Below are positions 25,029-36,809 of a DNA stretch of 64,000 nt, one piece after another. How positions within the stretch are numbered: the first letter of the stretch is position 1; every line of letters starts with the position of its first letter. The DNA comes from Paraphysomonas bandaiensis (lineage: Eukaryota; Protista; Chrysophyceae): contig CBFFRP010000009.1 in the NCBI GenBank assembly GCA_965644295.1, forward strand, positions 62,001-126,000, given 5' to 3'. The translations under genes and the position numbers were made by a program. The notes below the pieces were generated by a model. That model was not told the DNA's origin. It ran no database searches and saw only the letters and a list, made by a program, of their open reading frames with translations.

Positions 25029-25650
25029 ACAAAGTCGGAGTCGTACCTTTTTATGGTGTTCTGGAGGATAAGTACCGGAGATATATATCCGGGAAACTAA
25101 CGTGAGTCGCATACATAGTCAGCAGATTATTTTCTGCCCACTCATAGCCAAATGCTTATGTGGTACAAGAGACACTAATATAAGTGTCACTTGTGTAGTA
25201 GACGTCTTTGTGCCATAATTATGAATAAACAGGCACCTCAAGAACATCCGGGGTATTGAGATGCCTGCTGAAGTCAAGCATCCGGGCTAGTTGCTAGTTC
25301 ATCATAAGTCGGTGTGATCGTGAAACCTAGTAAACTAATATAAAATTTATTAAATGTTTCTAAAAACACGTCCTCTTTACACCTACTACATTACTTATTG
25401 CAAAACACATCAAAAACACAACTTAAATCGACACTTTTAAAATTTCACCAGGTTTAGAGCGTTTCTCCAGAATTGTTCATCACATCAACTTCATAAGGAC
25501 AGAGAGCGGAAGTGGTTGCACCTTTCGTAGCGCTAAATAGAAGGATATCAGAGTTAAGCACTAGTTAGTTAAAGTGATTAATTGCTACATGAGTTCTAAC
25601 TTGTACACACGTACACACCTATTGCTGATAATGAGACATTCACTTCTACA
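25029..25650 (-). mobile_element. Interspersed repeat family A, copy 3, with ~190-bp internal insert
   Basis: Same arms as copy 2. The insert at ~25300-25480 is bounded by the inverted repeat aaacctagtaaa / tttcaccaggttt. Confidence 0.9.
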
Positions 25651-26193
25651 TATGTGAACACATGTTAGTGATCCTATAAAAATATACGCTTCAATCAATT
25701 ACAATTTCAACTATGATTTGCGGTCCCAATTTCAATTGTTGCAATTAATTGATACACAGTCCTCCATTAGATTTAACCAGTATCGAATATGTTCATCACT
25801 CGTTGGGCTACAACTAGACATCCTAGTATCACAGCAGAAAGCAACATTTGTGTGGTAAATTTCACGTACACCACTCAATGGCAAGGCGCAATATTTTTGG
25901 AAAGAAATAACACAGTATAATTGGTATTTATATTGTTATTTACCACACGAATGTGTGACATATCGTGCGGTTGGGTCAACATGTAGCTGGTCTATCAATG
26001 TAGTATCTACAGCAGGGACAGTGGACAATTCCACTTGTACTGCTTATAAGAAACTGTATACACTGACAGTATAGGGCTCTATCCATTCAACATCCATATA
26101 AGAAAATCGACAGTAGGCTACTGAACTAAATATCTTTACAAAATCGCAAGAAACAACTCCTGTGAATCTTGCATTCGTGACCGAGTGATTATA

Positions 26194-26586
26194 CTACTCG
26201 CTTCCTCCTCCCGAGTTGCGGTTTGTGGGAATTTTTGTGAGAAACCATGAGTAGCACGTAGAGCAATCTTTGCTGCAAAAGTTGGAATCCCCTATTCGAG
26301 AATACTGTGGAAAAAAAGCGCTTTCACAATTGATACATTTCGCAACAGGCGTAGTAACATATTCTTCGCTGCTGCTACAAGAAGAATAAACACTACATGA
26401 TTCACTCATCGTAGTGGTAATTTCATCTGTGGGGGTCGTTTTATTAGAGGGGTCACAATAACTGTGTGTAACGTTCGTTTCACAGCGGAGAGAAAGCACT
26501 TTCCTTGTGATTGCTTGAGGTTTCACATGAGATTCCTCATGTGATTTCGTCAACATTGATCGAAGCATCACGTCAAAGCAATCCAC
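26194..26586 (-). CDS. Small Ser-rich protein with C-terminal FCS-type zinc finger
   Basis: The ORF ends in CINC...FCSKDC; the true ATG is probably the internal M near 26568. Confidence 0.6.
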   Translation of the reverse strand: MDCFDVMLRSMLTKSHEESHVKPQAITRKVLSLRCETNVTHSYCDPSNKTTPTDEITTTMSESCSVYSSCSSSEEYVTTPVAKCINCESAFFPQYSRIGDSNFCSKDCSTCYSWFLTKIPTNRNSGGGSE

Positions 26587-27296
26587 AATATTGCTCTTGT
26601 GATATATACATACACTGTGGTTTGAATCTGTTACGTTATTATGGTATCGTATGTACAGTATCTAAAAATTTCCCCTTCGTCGAATGTGTTTTTGTGTTCC
26701 CTCTCTGCCCGTACATCCCTATAGTACATCCCATCCCTATAGTATATTCCATCCCTACAGCAGTACATCCCATCCCCGTTTGCCTCTAGGAATTCCTACT
26801 CTGTACTGAGTCGTACTGTATAGTACCATCGTATCTCCGTATTCGGGAAATATCTACACATATTTCAAGACAAAAATACGTTACATTTATTATGAAACAC
26901 GTGTAGAAATTCCTATACTGGATATACACAAAGTGTGAATATGAATACAATGTATGTGTATATACAGAGTGTATACAGTACTTTGTACCTACCTATTGTA
27001 CCTACAGACATCCCGTGTGTAGATTAGTACAGCACTACACATGTTTTTATGCCCTATTATTCCTCACTTTTGGAACTCTCGGAAGACGAAGTATGAAGTG
27101 ATCTCACCAAAAGTTGATGTGAGTGTGTTCTATTTTCTAGTTCTCTATCGAAGTGTTTTATATCTACTACACTTATAAGTATCTTATATCTTCAGTGATA
27201 TATACTGTACTAGCTTACATACATGCCTTCCAGTTCAATCGAAGTGACTAGGAGTGTCCTGGCGTTATAGTCATAACACTCCAAGTCAGTTGTTGC

Positions 27297-30200
27297 ATGT
27301 CAGAGCCTGAGTATGATTCTATTGCTCCACCTGCCCGTGTTTGGAGATGGTTCGGTCAGAAGTACAGCGATAGCGGTGACAAAGAGATAACTAAGAAGAA
27401 AAAGCATGACCAGGGCACTCATGGGTATCACCGTGACCCGAATATGCACACCGGTATAGTGAAGCTTTATCTTACTTATGCCTCACGGGTCAGGGATATT
27501 ATACATAAAGATGGCTTTAACTACTTTATAATATCAGTTATATGTGTAGCTGGAGTGAATGTTGGGATCCAAAGTTACGAGGAGATGGATGATATACTAG
27601 CGCTCGATGTACTGGACAATGTTATCCTGATTGTGTTCTCTCTCGAGATCATCTTGAAAATAATTGCGGAGGGGCTGGCTCCTATGTTATATTTCATTGG
27701 TGATGAATGGAAGTGGAATACTTTTGATTTTAGTATTGTTTTCATGAGCCTGCCGCTTTGGAATGGCTTGTTTGGTGGGGGGTCTTTAGCACTGCTGCGT
27801 TTAGTCCGCCTCATGCGACTAGCAAAGATCATAAAAAAGATTCCAGCACTGCAGGTGATAGTTCATGGTCTAGTTGGCGGTCTGGCATCGATTGGCTATA
27901 TTCTATTGCTATTGATTCTGGTGCTTTATATGTTTGCCGTTGCGGGAGTTTATATGTTCCGTTCGAACGATCCATTCCACTTTGGAACTCTTCCTATTGC
28001 CCTCATGACTATGTTTCGGTGCTCCACTCTTGACGCCTGGAGTGATGTCATGTTTCTGAATATATTTGGGTGTGATGGCTACAGTTATTTATATGTATCG
28101 GAAGAAGAGAAGGACGAGTCGAATAAGCTTTTCTGGTGTAGGAACCCGAAGAAACAGTTTGTACTATCAGCTTCGTATTTTGTCTTTTTTGTGGTGGTTT
28201 CTGCTCTAGTTATGCTTTCCCTCTTTATTGGTGCAGTTACTCTGAGTATGAACGATAGCCTCAACGAGTTAAAACGGAAGGCAGAAGAGAAGAAAATGCG
28301 TTCCCGGTTTGAAAAGAATATAAACAAGCTACGATTAGCGAGCTCAATTTTGAATTTGCGCACACGAAGCCGAGTACACAGTAGTAATCAATTAAGTGCC
28401 GATGCTGGGTCCAGTAATGCGTCCTACGACTGTGGACAATCAACTTCAATGCGAAGTGATATATCACCAAGCTTGCGGATGTTTTACTTCCACTCCCATG
28501 GTCATCCTATGGCTAGGTCACTGACCAGTTCCAATGCAACCAGCCCAAATGTTTCTACTCGTAAATTGGTTCAGGGTGATGTGAAGTCAGCTTCCACAGA
28601 CGTAGAAAATAATAGGGGAGAGTTACGGCTTGGCTCAGCGATGTCTGAGCGAGAATCACCGACATCCATACATTTATCTAACGCGTCACAGGACCGTGAT
28701 CATGTAAAGCGTATGATGAGTTTCATGGGAAAACACTCAGAGTTTAGTTTTCGTGATGATGAAGTATCAGGTGCGACACTTGAAAAGTCATCATCACTCT
28801 TTAACCTGGATCCATGTTTACCTGAGTGGTACAAAAAATGGCGAGAGGATCAGACAGCCTTAGCGTCCCTTAACCAGAGAATAGAGATTGGACGTCTACT
28901 ACGCATTGGCATGGGGGTCGAGCCTCATGGAATTGAAGATGATCCCAAAAGTCTTACAACGTTTATTAAGCGATTGATTGAAGCAGAGAAGTGGAGTCAG
29001 AGCTATGAAATATTGGTAGAGCACTCAAAATATATATCGGAGCACAGTCATTTTGTGAATTTTGTCACGGCTGTAATCGTAATTGCAGGCATAAATGTGG
29101 GTGTTCAAACTGATGAAAGGATTACAGGTGTCGAAGAGATTTATGAAACCTCGGTGGTATTAGACAAGTTTATATTGTCTGTGTTTACTTTTGAGTGCGT
29201 TCTGAAGATTCTGGCAGAGGGTTACAAGCCGTGGGTATACTTCAGTGACAATTGGAACAAATTTGACTTCATTATAGTTGTTGGGTCGTATACGCCTGGT
29301 GCAGGCTCACTGTTGACTATGTTACGACTGCTGCGTCTGCTACGTGTTCTCAAGCTGGTCAAGTCTCTTCCACAACTGGCAGTCATAGTCAATGCACTAT
29401 TGATGGGAATGAGCTCGATTGGGTACATCGGAATGATATTGTTCTTGTGTTTTTATGCCTTCGCTATTCTTGGGATGCTCTTATTCCGCGACAATGATCC
29501 GTTCCACTTTGGTAATTTACACATATCAATGTTTACGTTATTTCGATGCTCCACATTGGACGACTGGACGGAAATAATGTATGTCAACCTTTATGGGTGT
29601 GATCGATACCCTGGAGTATATGAGGACTTCCCGGAAATGTGCGACAAGCCAAATGCCATTGGAATAATTGCTCCGCTGTATTTCAATATATTTATTTTAG
29701 TTGGGGCACAAATACTTTTAACCCTATTCATAGGTGTCATTACAACGAGTATGGAGCAAGCACAGGAAATTAAGGACAGAGATATGAAACTGGAACGGCA
29801 GTGCAAAAGTTTGAAAAATTCGCTTGACCTAACTGATGTTCAGATGAAATGCTTTAGAAGAGTATTTAAAATGTTAGATGATGGGGTGACTGGTATACTT
29901 TCTGAGGCGGATATGGCAGTTTGCTTTGAGTCTATTGAAGAGCTGTTGTATCCCTTTTCTATAGAGGATGAAATCAGAAAAGCGGATCCCGAAGGTCGCG
30001 GTGTTGACCTTGTTACCTTGATAGTAGTGATTTGCAACTTGCCAAGTTGTAAGTACAAGAGACTATTGAGAAGAACTCTAAGAAGATGGATAGTCAATCG
30101 TAGGGCGAGAGGATTGCTCCAGCCAGAAAAGGTATCTGTGCGTCAAGTGGAGTTCAACAGTAGCAGCTCGGATAAGCGTGTCATGAGCATTAGAAATTTG

Positions 30201-30308
30201 GCTGTGAAGATTAAAACGAACATTGTATATCCTGGAAGTGCGTTACATAATGTACCAGATGATACTACGCCTCACATTGCCTGTATAGAGAAACCTTTGA
30301 ATAAATGA
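27297..30308 (+). CDS. Two-domain (2x6TM) voltage-gated cation channel with Cav-like acidic filters and C-terminal EF-hand-like region; intronless
   Basis: Two ion-transport repeats. S4 segments are LLRLVRLMRLAKIIK and MLRLLRLLRVLKLVK; WNxFDF motifs are present. Pore filters are STLDAWSD and STLDDWTE; the tail has FRRVFKMLDDGVTGILSEADM. Confidence 0.93.
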   Translation: MSEPEYDSIAPPARVWRWFGQKYSDSGDKEITKKKKHDQGTHGYHRDPNMHTGIVKLYLTYASRVRDIIHKDGFNYFIISVICVAGVNVGIQSYEEMDDILALDVLDNVILIVFSLEIILKIIAEGLAPMLYFIGDEWKWNTFDFSIVFMSLPLWNGLFGGGSLALLRLVRLMRLAKIIKKIPALQVIVHGLVGGLASIGYILLLLILVLYMFAVAGVYMFRSNDPFHFGTLPIALMTMFRCSTLDAWSDVMFLNIFGCDGYSYLYVSEEEKDESNKLFWCRNPKKQFVLSASYFVFFVVVSALVMLSLFIGAVTLSMNDSLNELKRKAEEKKMRSRFEKNINKLRLASSILNLRTRSRVHSSNQLSADAGSSNASYDCGQSTSMRSDISPSLRMFYFHSHGHPMARSLTSSNATSPNVSTRKLVQGDVKSASTDVENNRGELRLGSAMSERESPTSIHLSNASQDRDHVKRMMSFMGKHSEFSFRDDEVSGATLEKSSSLFNLDPCLPEWYKKWREDQTALASLNQRIEIGRLLRIGMGVEPHGIEDDPKSLTTFIKRLIEAEKWSQSYEILVEHSKYISEHSHFVNFVTAVIVIAGINVGVQTDERITGVEEIYETSVVLDKFILSVFTFECVLKILAEGYKPWVYFSDNWNKFDFIIVVGSYTPGAGSLLTMLRLLRLLRVLKLVKSLPQLAVIVNALLMGMSSIGYIGMILFLCFYAFAILGMLLFRDNDPFHFGNLHISMFTLFRCSTLDDWTEIMYVNLYGCDRYPGVYEDFPEMCDKPNAIGIIAPLYFNIFILVGAQILLTLFIGVITTSMEQAQEIKDRDMKLERQCKSLKNSLDLTDVQMKCFRRVFKMLDDGVTGILSEADMAVCFESIEELLYPFSIEDEIRKADPEGRGVDLVTLIVVICNLPSCKYKRLLRRTLRRWIVNRRARGLLQPEKVSVRQVEFNSSSSDKRVMSIRNLAVKIKTNIVYPGSALHNVPDDTTPHIACIEKPLNK

Positions 30309-30594
30309 AGCTGCACATCGTGAAGGATGATCAGAATATACTCAGACAGTTCACTACATGGTTGAATTATTGTATATTACTATGTGCAACTACATTACTA
30401 CTTTGAGTCATACATATTTTAGCTTACAAATTTCACGCTATATTTTGTCTTGTGTTGTTATACCCGCTTATTACTTCTTTCACATTTTATATTTACGGCG
30501 TTGATAGCCAGTAATTGCTTTGCACCATTTATAAAGCCGCCATATATTTAACATTAAAATACTACTCTGTTTCATTACAATGTTTTGTAAAAAA

Positions 30595-30828
30595 GTAGGA
30601 AAATAGTTACATAAATTACAGATAATAATCCTGAGGATAATGATTACAAAGAGTAGGAAAATAGTTACATAAATTACAGATAATAATCCTGAGGATAATG
30701 ATAACAAAGAGTAGGAAAATAGTTACATAAATTACAGATAATAATCCTGAGGATAATGATAACAAAGAGTAGGAAAATAGTTACATAAATTACAGATAAT
30801 AATCCTGAGGATAATGATAACAAAGAGT
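30595..30828. repeat. 58-bp minisatellite, 4 copies
   Basis: Unit gtaggaaaatagttacataaattacagataataatcctgaggataatgataacaaaga, repeated head-to-tail with one substitution. Confidence 0.97.
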
Positions 30829-30979
30829 GCTAAGTATGTTGACTATATGTTGAAGTGTTAACATTGAAAATTGAAATGTAGGCTATCCATCTAATACTTG
30901 TGATAAAAAAAAGCTTATAGTACTAGTTTATTATCTTTATGTAATCGATAATGACCTGCAGAAATAAAGAATGTCAGAT

Positions 30980-31891
30980 ACTATATTGTGCTGACCTGAA
31001 TGAGGTTTAACAAAATTCTCATATTCGCACCAGGCTAATATAGACCTTCAATTTCAATATTCAATTCGAACAGAAACACTCTTCTATCTTAGTTATGATA
31101 TTGAAAGTCGTTTATTAGAACTTTCTTTATTACATTACACAATCTTAGAGAAGCCGCCACAATGATGAGTCAAATTTCAAAATCAGATCATTAAACACAC
31201 CAAGCTCTATTTCAACGTTTGTTTGATGTAAAAGATCATAGTGAGGTCAGTGAAAGTGATCTATCATCACAACCAAGACTTCGAAACAAACTTCAAGAAT
31301 ATTACAGGAGAGTTCAAGTGCCAAATCTGAGGCAGAGGTAATATAGAGCAGCGACACCCAGTCCTTTCAGGGATTAGGTCATGTCGTACTTATCAAGATT
31401 ATTTGCGTCATCATACACACAGCACTCGTGGCAGGTGCACTGGCAGAGATTTAGCGTATTGTATATAAATGTGATGATGATGTCACCGACAACAAGAAGC
31501 CCCGTGCGACTACAACTTTTTTGCATTCATCGCCACATTTATATACGAATTGCTGTTGCTATATTACCTTCCTACCCTTCTGTGCTCGAGGTACATTAGT
31601 TGTAGCACGTATTGAAATTTGAGGATTTGCTGTCAGGAATTAATCATGCACAATTACCACTACATTACTATTGATTTAAAACAGTGCTTTGATTTTATTT
31701 CTTAATATCAATCAGAGAACACTTATTTCCTCTCACAGCAAGAAAGCTACAAACATAGATATTAGGTTTACAACATAATGAGGATAAGCCACAACTTAAC
31801 CTCGGGATAGGGAGTTTACTCCCTTGTCCAAACTTTAAAAACTCGGGCGTTTCTTCCTCGTTTCAAAATTTTGAGCGTGGGACGATATGGC
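30980..31891 (+). mobile_element. Interspersed repeat family B (inverted copy at ~51238-52010)
   Basis: The blocks attacaggagagttcaagtgcca, gactacaactttttgcattca and tcaaaattttgagc..ggacgatat match reverse-complement blocks at 51238-52010 in collinear order. Confidence 0.8.
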
Positions 31892-32525
31892 CTCCATACT
31901 ACTCGTGGGTAAATATAACTATAGTATGCAACTGTTAGTAAATACAGCCCCACTATACTGATGCCAATAACTTGCAATGATTGATAAAACAGTTTCATAT
32001 TTCTTAACTGTTTATTAATGTATTCACAGCGTCATAGTTACCCTCTTGATCTCTCATGTGAGTTCTCCTCTACCATGATATATGAGACTCCGTTCCTCCA
32101 GAATATGTGAACCCAAAGTGTTTCTATGATTGTGGTAAGTATACAAGAGTCAAGCAATAGCCAAGAGGACATACCATACATGTCAAACTGCTGTACATGT
32201 ACCTACCGACATGTACCTATATACATACATATCTAGACGTAAGAATTAGTACTTGAAATTCAAAATCGAAAAGTACACTTTCAAAATATACCTGTATACT
32301 GTATACCATATACAAGGCCCATTGGACTACACACTCTCTCTGTTGTACACGGATATACAGATCCCTCTATACAGCAGTACACTGCTGTGGTAGATGACAG
32401 CGAGCACTGCATGCTCATTCTTTAAGTTCCCATGCACTCCTACTATTAGAACTCTCGGTCAATTGCTTTAAATACCGATATATCAATGACTCAATAGTCA
32501 TCTTATTATAATAGTAGTGAGTGTC

Positions 32526-34729
32526 ATGACAGAGTCGTCTACAGGTAGCGGTGGTTTCATATTTACAGGAGGAAAACAACGACAATTCCACTGCCACTAT
32601 TGTCATATTGATATTACACAGCAACTGAGAATACGATGTGCTGAATGTGATGATTTTGAATTGTGTGGGGATTGTTTTTGTTCAGGTGTTGAGCTCGACT
32701 CCCACAAAAATACACACAGCTACAGGGTTGTCGATAGTCTCTATGTTCCTCTGTTTTCCAAGGATTGGACAATACAGGAGGAACTATTGCTTTTAGAGGG
32801 CATTGAGAAACATGGACTTGGTAACTGGAAGAATATCGCTGACTACATTGGCAGTAAGTCTGCGAAGCAATGTGATGAACATTACTGGCAGGATTATATG
32901 GGTACATTTGGACAGTGCCTACCCGCCCAATCCATGGTGGGGGATGCACAGGTATGAGAACTATACTTAAGCTATGATTGCAGTGATAGTTTTTTCTGTT
33001 TCTCTTGTTCTGATATGTTGCTGTTCTATTCTTGATGTGACTTTATCGTAGTTTAACTATTTCAATTGTGGCCTTGTAGGTAGATACTTCTTCTCTGGTT
33101 TGGCCTGGTGCTCCACCTCAAAATGATTTTGTCATCGTCCCCTCCCCTGATATGATTGGTACCTCTGTAGCAGCTGTTGCCCATATGAGTGAAGATTCTG
33201 ATGTGCTCCCAACTTCAACGGGGAAGAGTATTCGAGAGAGTACTGGGGCAGCTGCTACTCGTAAAGAGCAAGAAGTGCGGGAAAAACTTGCACAACTCAC
33301 CGGGGCAGAGATTGCCGGATTTATGCCATTACGGGAAGACTTCGATACTGAGCATAACAACGACGCCGAATTTCTACTTGTGGATATGGAATTCCACCCT
33401 GATGACCATCCGGCGGAGGTGGAAATGAAACTGAAAGTCGTTGACATATACAATTGCAAGTTAGACGAACGAGATGAGCGGAAACGGTTTGTGATTGATC
33501 GCGGACTTGTGGACTTGCGCAGACTGCAACAGGCAGACAAGAAACGTAGCAAGGAAGACAGGGAGCTGATCGGACGACTAAAGATGTTTTCAAGGATGGT
33601 GAGCCCCGAGGAGGCTGACGCTCTGGTGGAGGGAATTCTTACTCAGAGAAAACTGAAACGACAAATTGATGCGTACAAATTGTACAGGTCAATGGGCATT
33701 AGAACCATAGATCAGGTAAGGTGTTGGTATAGGTATTGACGTAGAATAATCAGTATCTACGTTATATCACTGCTTGTTATTCGCACTTTTCTTCTACCTC
33801 TGTGTATCAGACAGTCACCAATTGTACATCTAGGCAAGGAAGTTTGAGACTGATCGTAAGAAGCGAGAGTACCAACTTAAAGCTCAAAAATCTCGTCAGT
33901 CGTCCTCTTATCTGCAAGCGTCACCCAGTGTGTCGTTGTCGCTGCAAGCAGACGATAGCGACCCCAGCACTGGCGTTTCGACAGGTAGGCGAATGAGTTT
34001 TACATACGCCTGTTTACGGCGATATATTTGTTAAATTGATTTGTTTCTGATGATAATTTTATACCCTTAGATTCTCCTAAAGAAGTCCTGGAGAGCACTC
34101 GTAATGCACCTTGGGCAGATCTCTTAACAGAGCAGGAACTAATGCTGTGTCAGGAAGTTTCTCTCCTTCCTCTACAATATGTGGCGATCCAGGAAGCAAT
34201 TGTGAGGTGTGTATGCTCCTTGACAGTAAATATTCAATCTTGTTGACAATTTTATTGTACAGAGAAGCGTACCGTAACGGCATGCTCACCCCTGAAGGGT
34301 TTAGACGAGTTATTAAGGTACATATATCGTATCATGTTTTCCGCTGTTTACTACCAGGGAGTATTCCGTTTTTGCCTACAATTTGGGCGTTTGATATTGT
34401 ACGTTTTCCGCTATTGACATATCATACAGGTACAAGGGTACGAGGAAGTAGAAGAGAGTGACATAGATGCAGGCGGATGCGCTGCTCGAGCCATCCGCCG
34501 AAGACGTCTGCGTGATGTAGCGGACGACACTGGAAAAGAACAGACATCATCAGATGGTATACCAAAAGCTGTTGCAGAGAGACTTTTCGATTTCTTTGTT
34601 GAGCACTCCGTGAACGGAAATAAAGCGCAGCTACAAGAAAAATATTCAGAGTTCGAACAAATTGCAGCCAAAGGAGCGTTCTCAGAGATTGATGACGGAG
34701 AATCAAAAACTAAGAAACAAAAGCGGTAA
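32526..34729 (+). CDS. ADA2: Transcriptional adaptor ADA2 (SAGA): ZZ finger, SANT, SWIRM; multi-exon
   Basis: CHYC..CAEC..LCGDCF ZZ finger; WTIQEELLLLEGIEKHGLGNW SANT; GFMPLREDFDTEHNNDAE; SWIRM ADLLTEQELMLCQEVSLLPLQY; stop at 34727-34729. Confidence 0.95.
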
Positions 34730-35382
34730 CTTGGAGTAGTATATAGCCTCGCATGTGTCCGTATTGACAAGTCGTTTATATCTTATCGTCGTTGGGAATT
34801 ATTAGTATTATTATAATTAAGCCTCATAAATATATTTTCAATACTTTCTCCATTCTGATATTTTCGAAACACCCAAAAGTACAGAATCCTATATCCTATT
34901 ATGCTCGATATATATATTATAATGTGTAAGATTTTGCGGTAATATATTTGACTAAATTTAACCGACGTTCAGTGGTATATTTACTGCAGTGAATGGAATG
35001 CTATATGATGTTACCTATATTGGTCGTCGTACTGATTGACTGAAGTCATTGTATTTAAGATTTAAGACCACAAGTAGTTAGAAACAAAGTAGGTTCGAGT
35101 AGGACAATCGCAGCTGGCAGCTACACATATGTTGCTCGTGATAATCAATGGGTTGACAGTGGTAGTATAAGGGCAGATAACGTGGTTGCTGGTCAGCGAA
35201 AGCGCGCTTCTGTTAAAACCTACAGGACTTAAATGCTAATAAAGTTATTAGTTTTGTTCTCTAACCCTAATACTATAAATAGAATAGTTGTTTAAACATT
35301 ATTTCTAGTTAAATTCTATGAATACTCCTAAATTTCCCAAAATATCGTAAAATTCCTACGTTTGCATAAAATGCTTACTGGC

Positions 35383-36452
35383 AGTAGTGAATGTCTTATT
35401 ATTATCTGTAGTGTCAGAACTAATGTAGCATTGCAATGTGCTTAACTCTGATATATCTTACAACTATTTAACGCTACGAAAGCTGCTTGTACGTTGTACG
35501 TCACCACAAGAACAAAGGTGCAACCACTTTCGCTCTTTCACTCAAAGCAAATGCAGTGAGCAAGCAGAATGTTGATATATACCTGACATCTGAGTTCTTA
35601 TGGTGAACAGCCCGGATGCTTCGCTTCAGCAAGGCAGCCCAATACCCCAGTTACCCTTCTCCAGGTGGTCCCTTTCCCGGATGCCTGATTATTCTTCATT
35701 GCTTAAAGACGTCCATTACACAAGTGTCACTTATTAGTGTCCCTTGTACCACAAAAGCATTAGGCAATGAGTGGACAGAAAATTATCTGCAGGCTATATT
35801 TGCGGCTCACGTTAGTTCCTGGTACTTATCTCTTATAACACCTCAACTTGATAATATTATATATATACCTGACATCTGCTGAGTTTAAGATTTTGGAGTC
35901 CTGAAGAAGGCTGAAGGTGAACATCCCGAATTTTTGACTTCAGCAGGCAGCCCAATACCTCAGTTATACCCATGAGGCGGTCCCATTCGGAATTCGCAGA
36001 TGATGTCGGCCATACACGAAGTCGGACTTTCACCTTTTCGTGTTGTTGTGGGGGATAAGTACCAAAGATATTTCTCTGGGAAGCTAACGTGAGCCGCAAA
36101 TATAGCCAGCAGATAGTTTTCTGTCCACTCATAGCCTAATGCTTGTCTGAGAGTGCCACTCTTGTGTAGACGTCTTTGAGCATTGACGAATAATCAGGCA
36201 TCGGAAAGGGACCACCTCAAGAAGGGTAACTGGGGTATTGGGTATTGAGCTGCCAGCTGAAGTCTAGCATCCGGGCTGTTCACCTTTAGGACCCAGAAAT
36301 CTTGAAGTCAGCAGATGTCAGGTATATATCAACATTCTGCTTGCTCACTGCGTTTGCTTCGACAGAAAGAGCGAAAATGGTTGCTTGCGGAGACGTACAA
36401 CGTACAAGCAGCTTTCATAGCGTTAAATAGTAGGATATGAGAGTTAATCACA
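35383..36452. mobile_element. Repeat family A cluster: forward copy (35383-35845), partial forward copy (35862-35990), inverted copy (36020-36452)
   Basis: For example, gcagtgagcaagcagaatgttgatatatacctgacatctg at ~35553 pairs with cagatgtcaggtatatatcaacattctgcttgctcactgc at ~36312. Confidence 0.9.
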
Positions 36453-36809
36453 CTACTTTAAATTGAAATCTGAGAATAATAAATTGATTTTTTCCCCTTC
36501 ATCATTCCGTCGTCTTGTGTGTATTATACTACTAATATGATCAAGGGAATATGTCCAGTGATGAAAAAATTGACTTGGGAGTAGAACGAACCTATTGAAA
36601 ATAAAATTTAAAACCGCATATCGACAATATGCCACATTCAGAAAACATGAAGGCAAGACAGTTGCCAAAATGTGGCTTGTTTTCCTTGCAATAGTCGTCA
36701 TAAATCATGGACCAAAGCTACGATATATAACACAAATAAACTCTGATTATTTTTTCAGTTTACGTCATAAACAGTCTTGACAAAAAAACTACAAGAACGT
36801 CCATACTTC

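Noticed and set aside
30595-30828. Possible CRISPR array
   Set aside because: The units are contiguous and identical with no unique spacers, there are no cas genes, and the context is eukaryotic.
31816-31998. 60-aa TM-like ORF
   Set aside because: It overlaps repeat family B, and the frame is not evidently kept in the other copy.
35888-35925. Hammerhead ribozyme core in family A (ctgaaga...)
   Set aside because: CUGANGA is present, but no stem II followed by GAAA and no cleavage triplet could be built.
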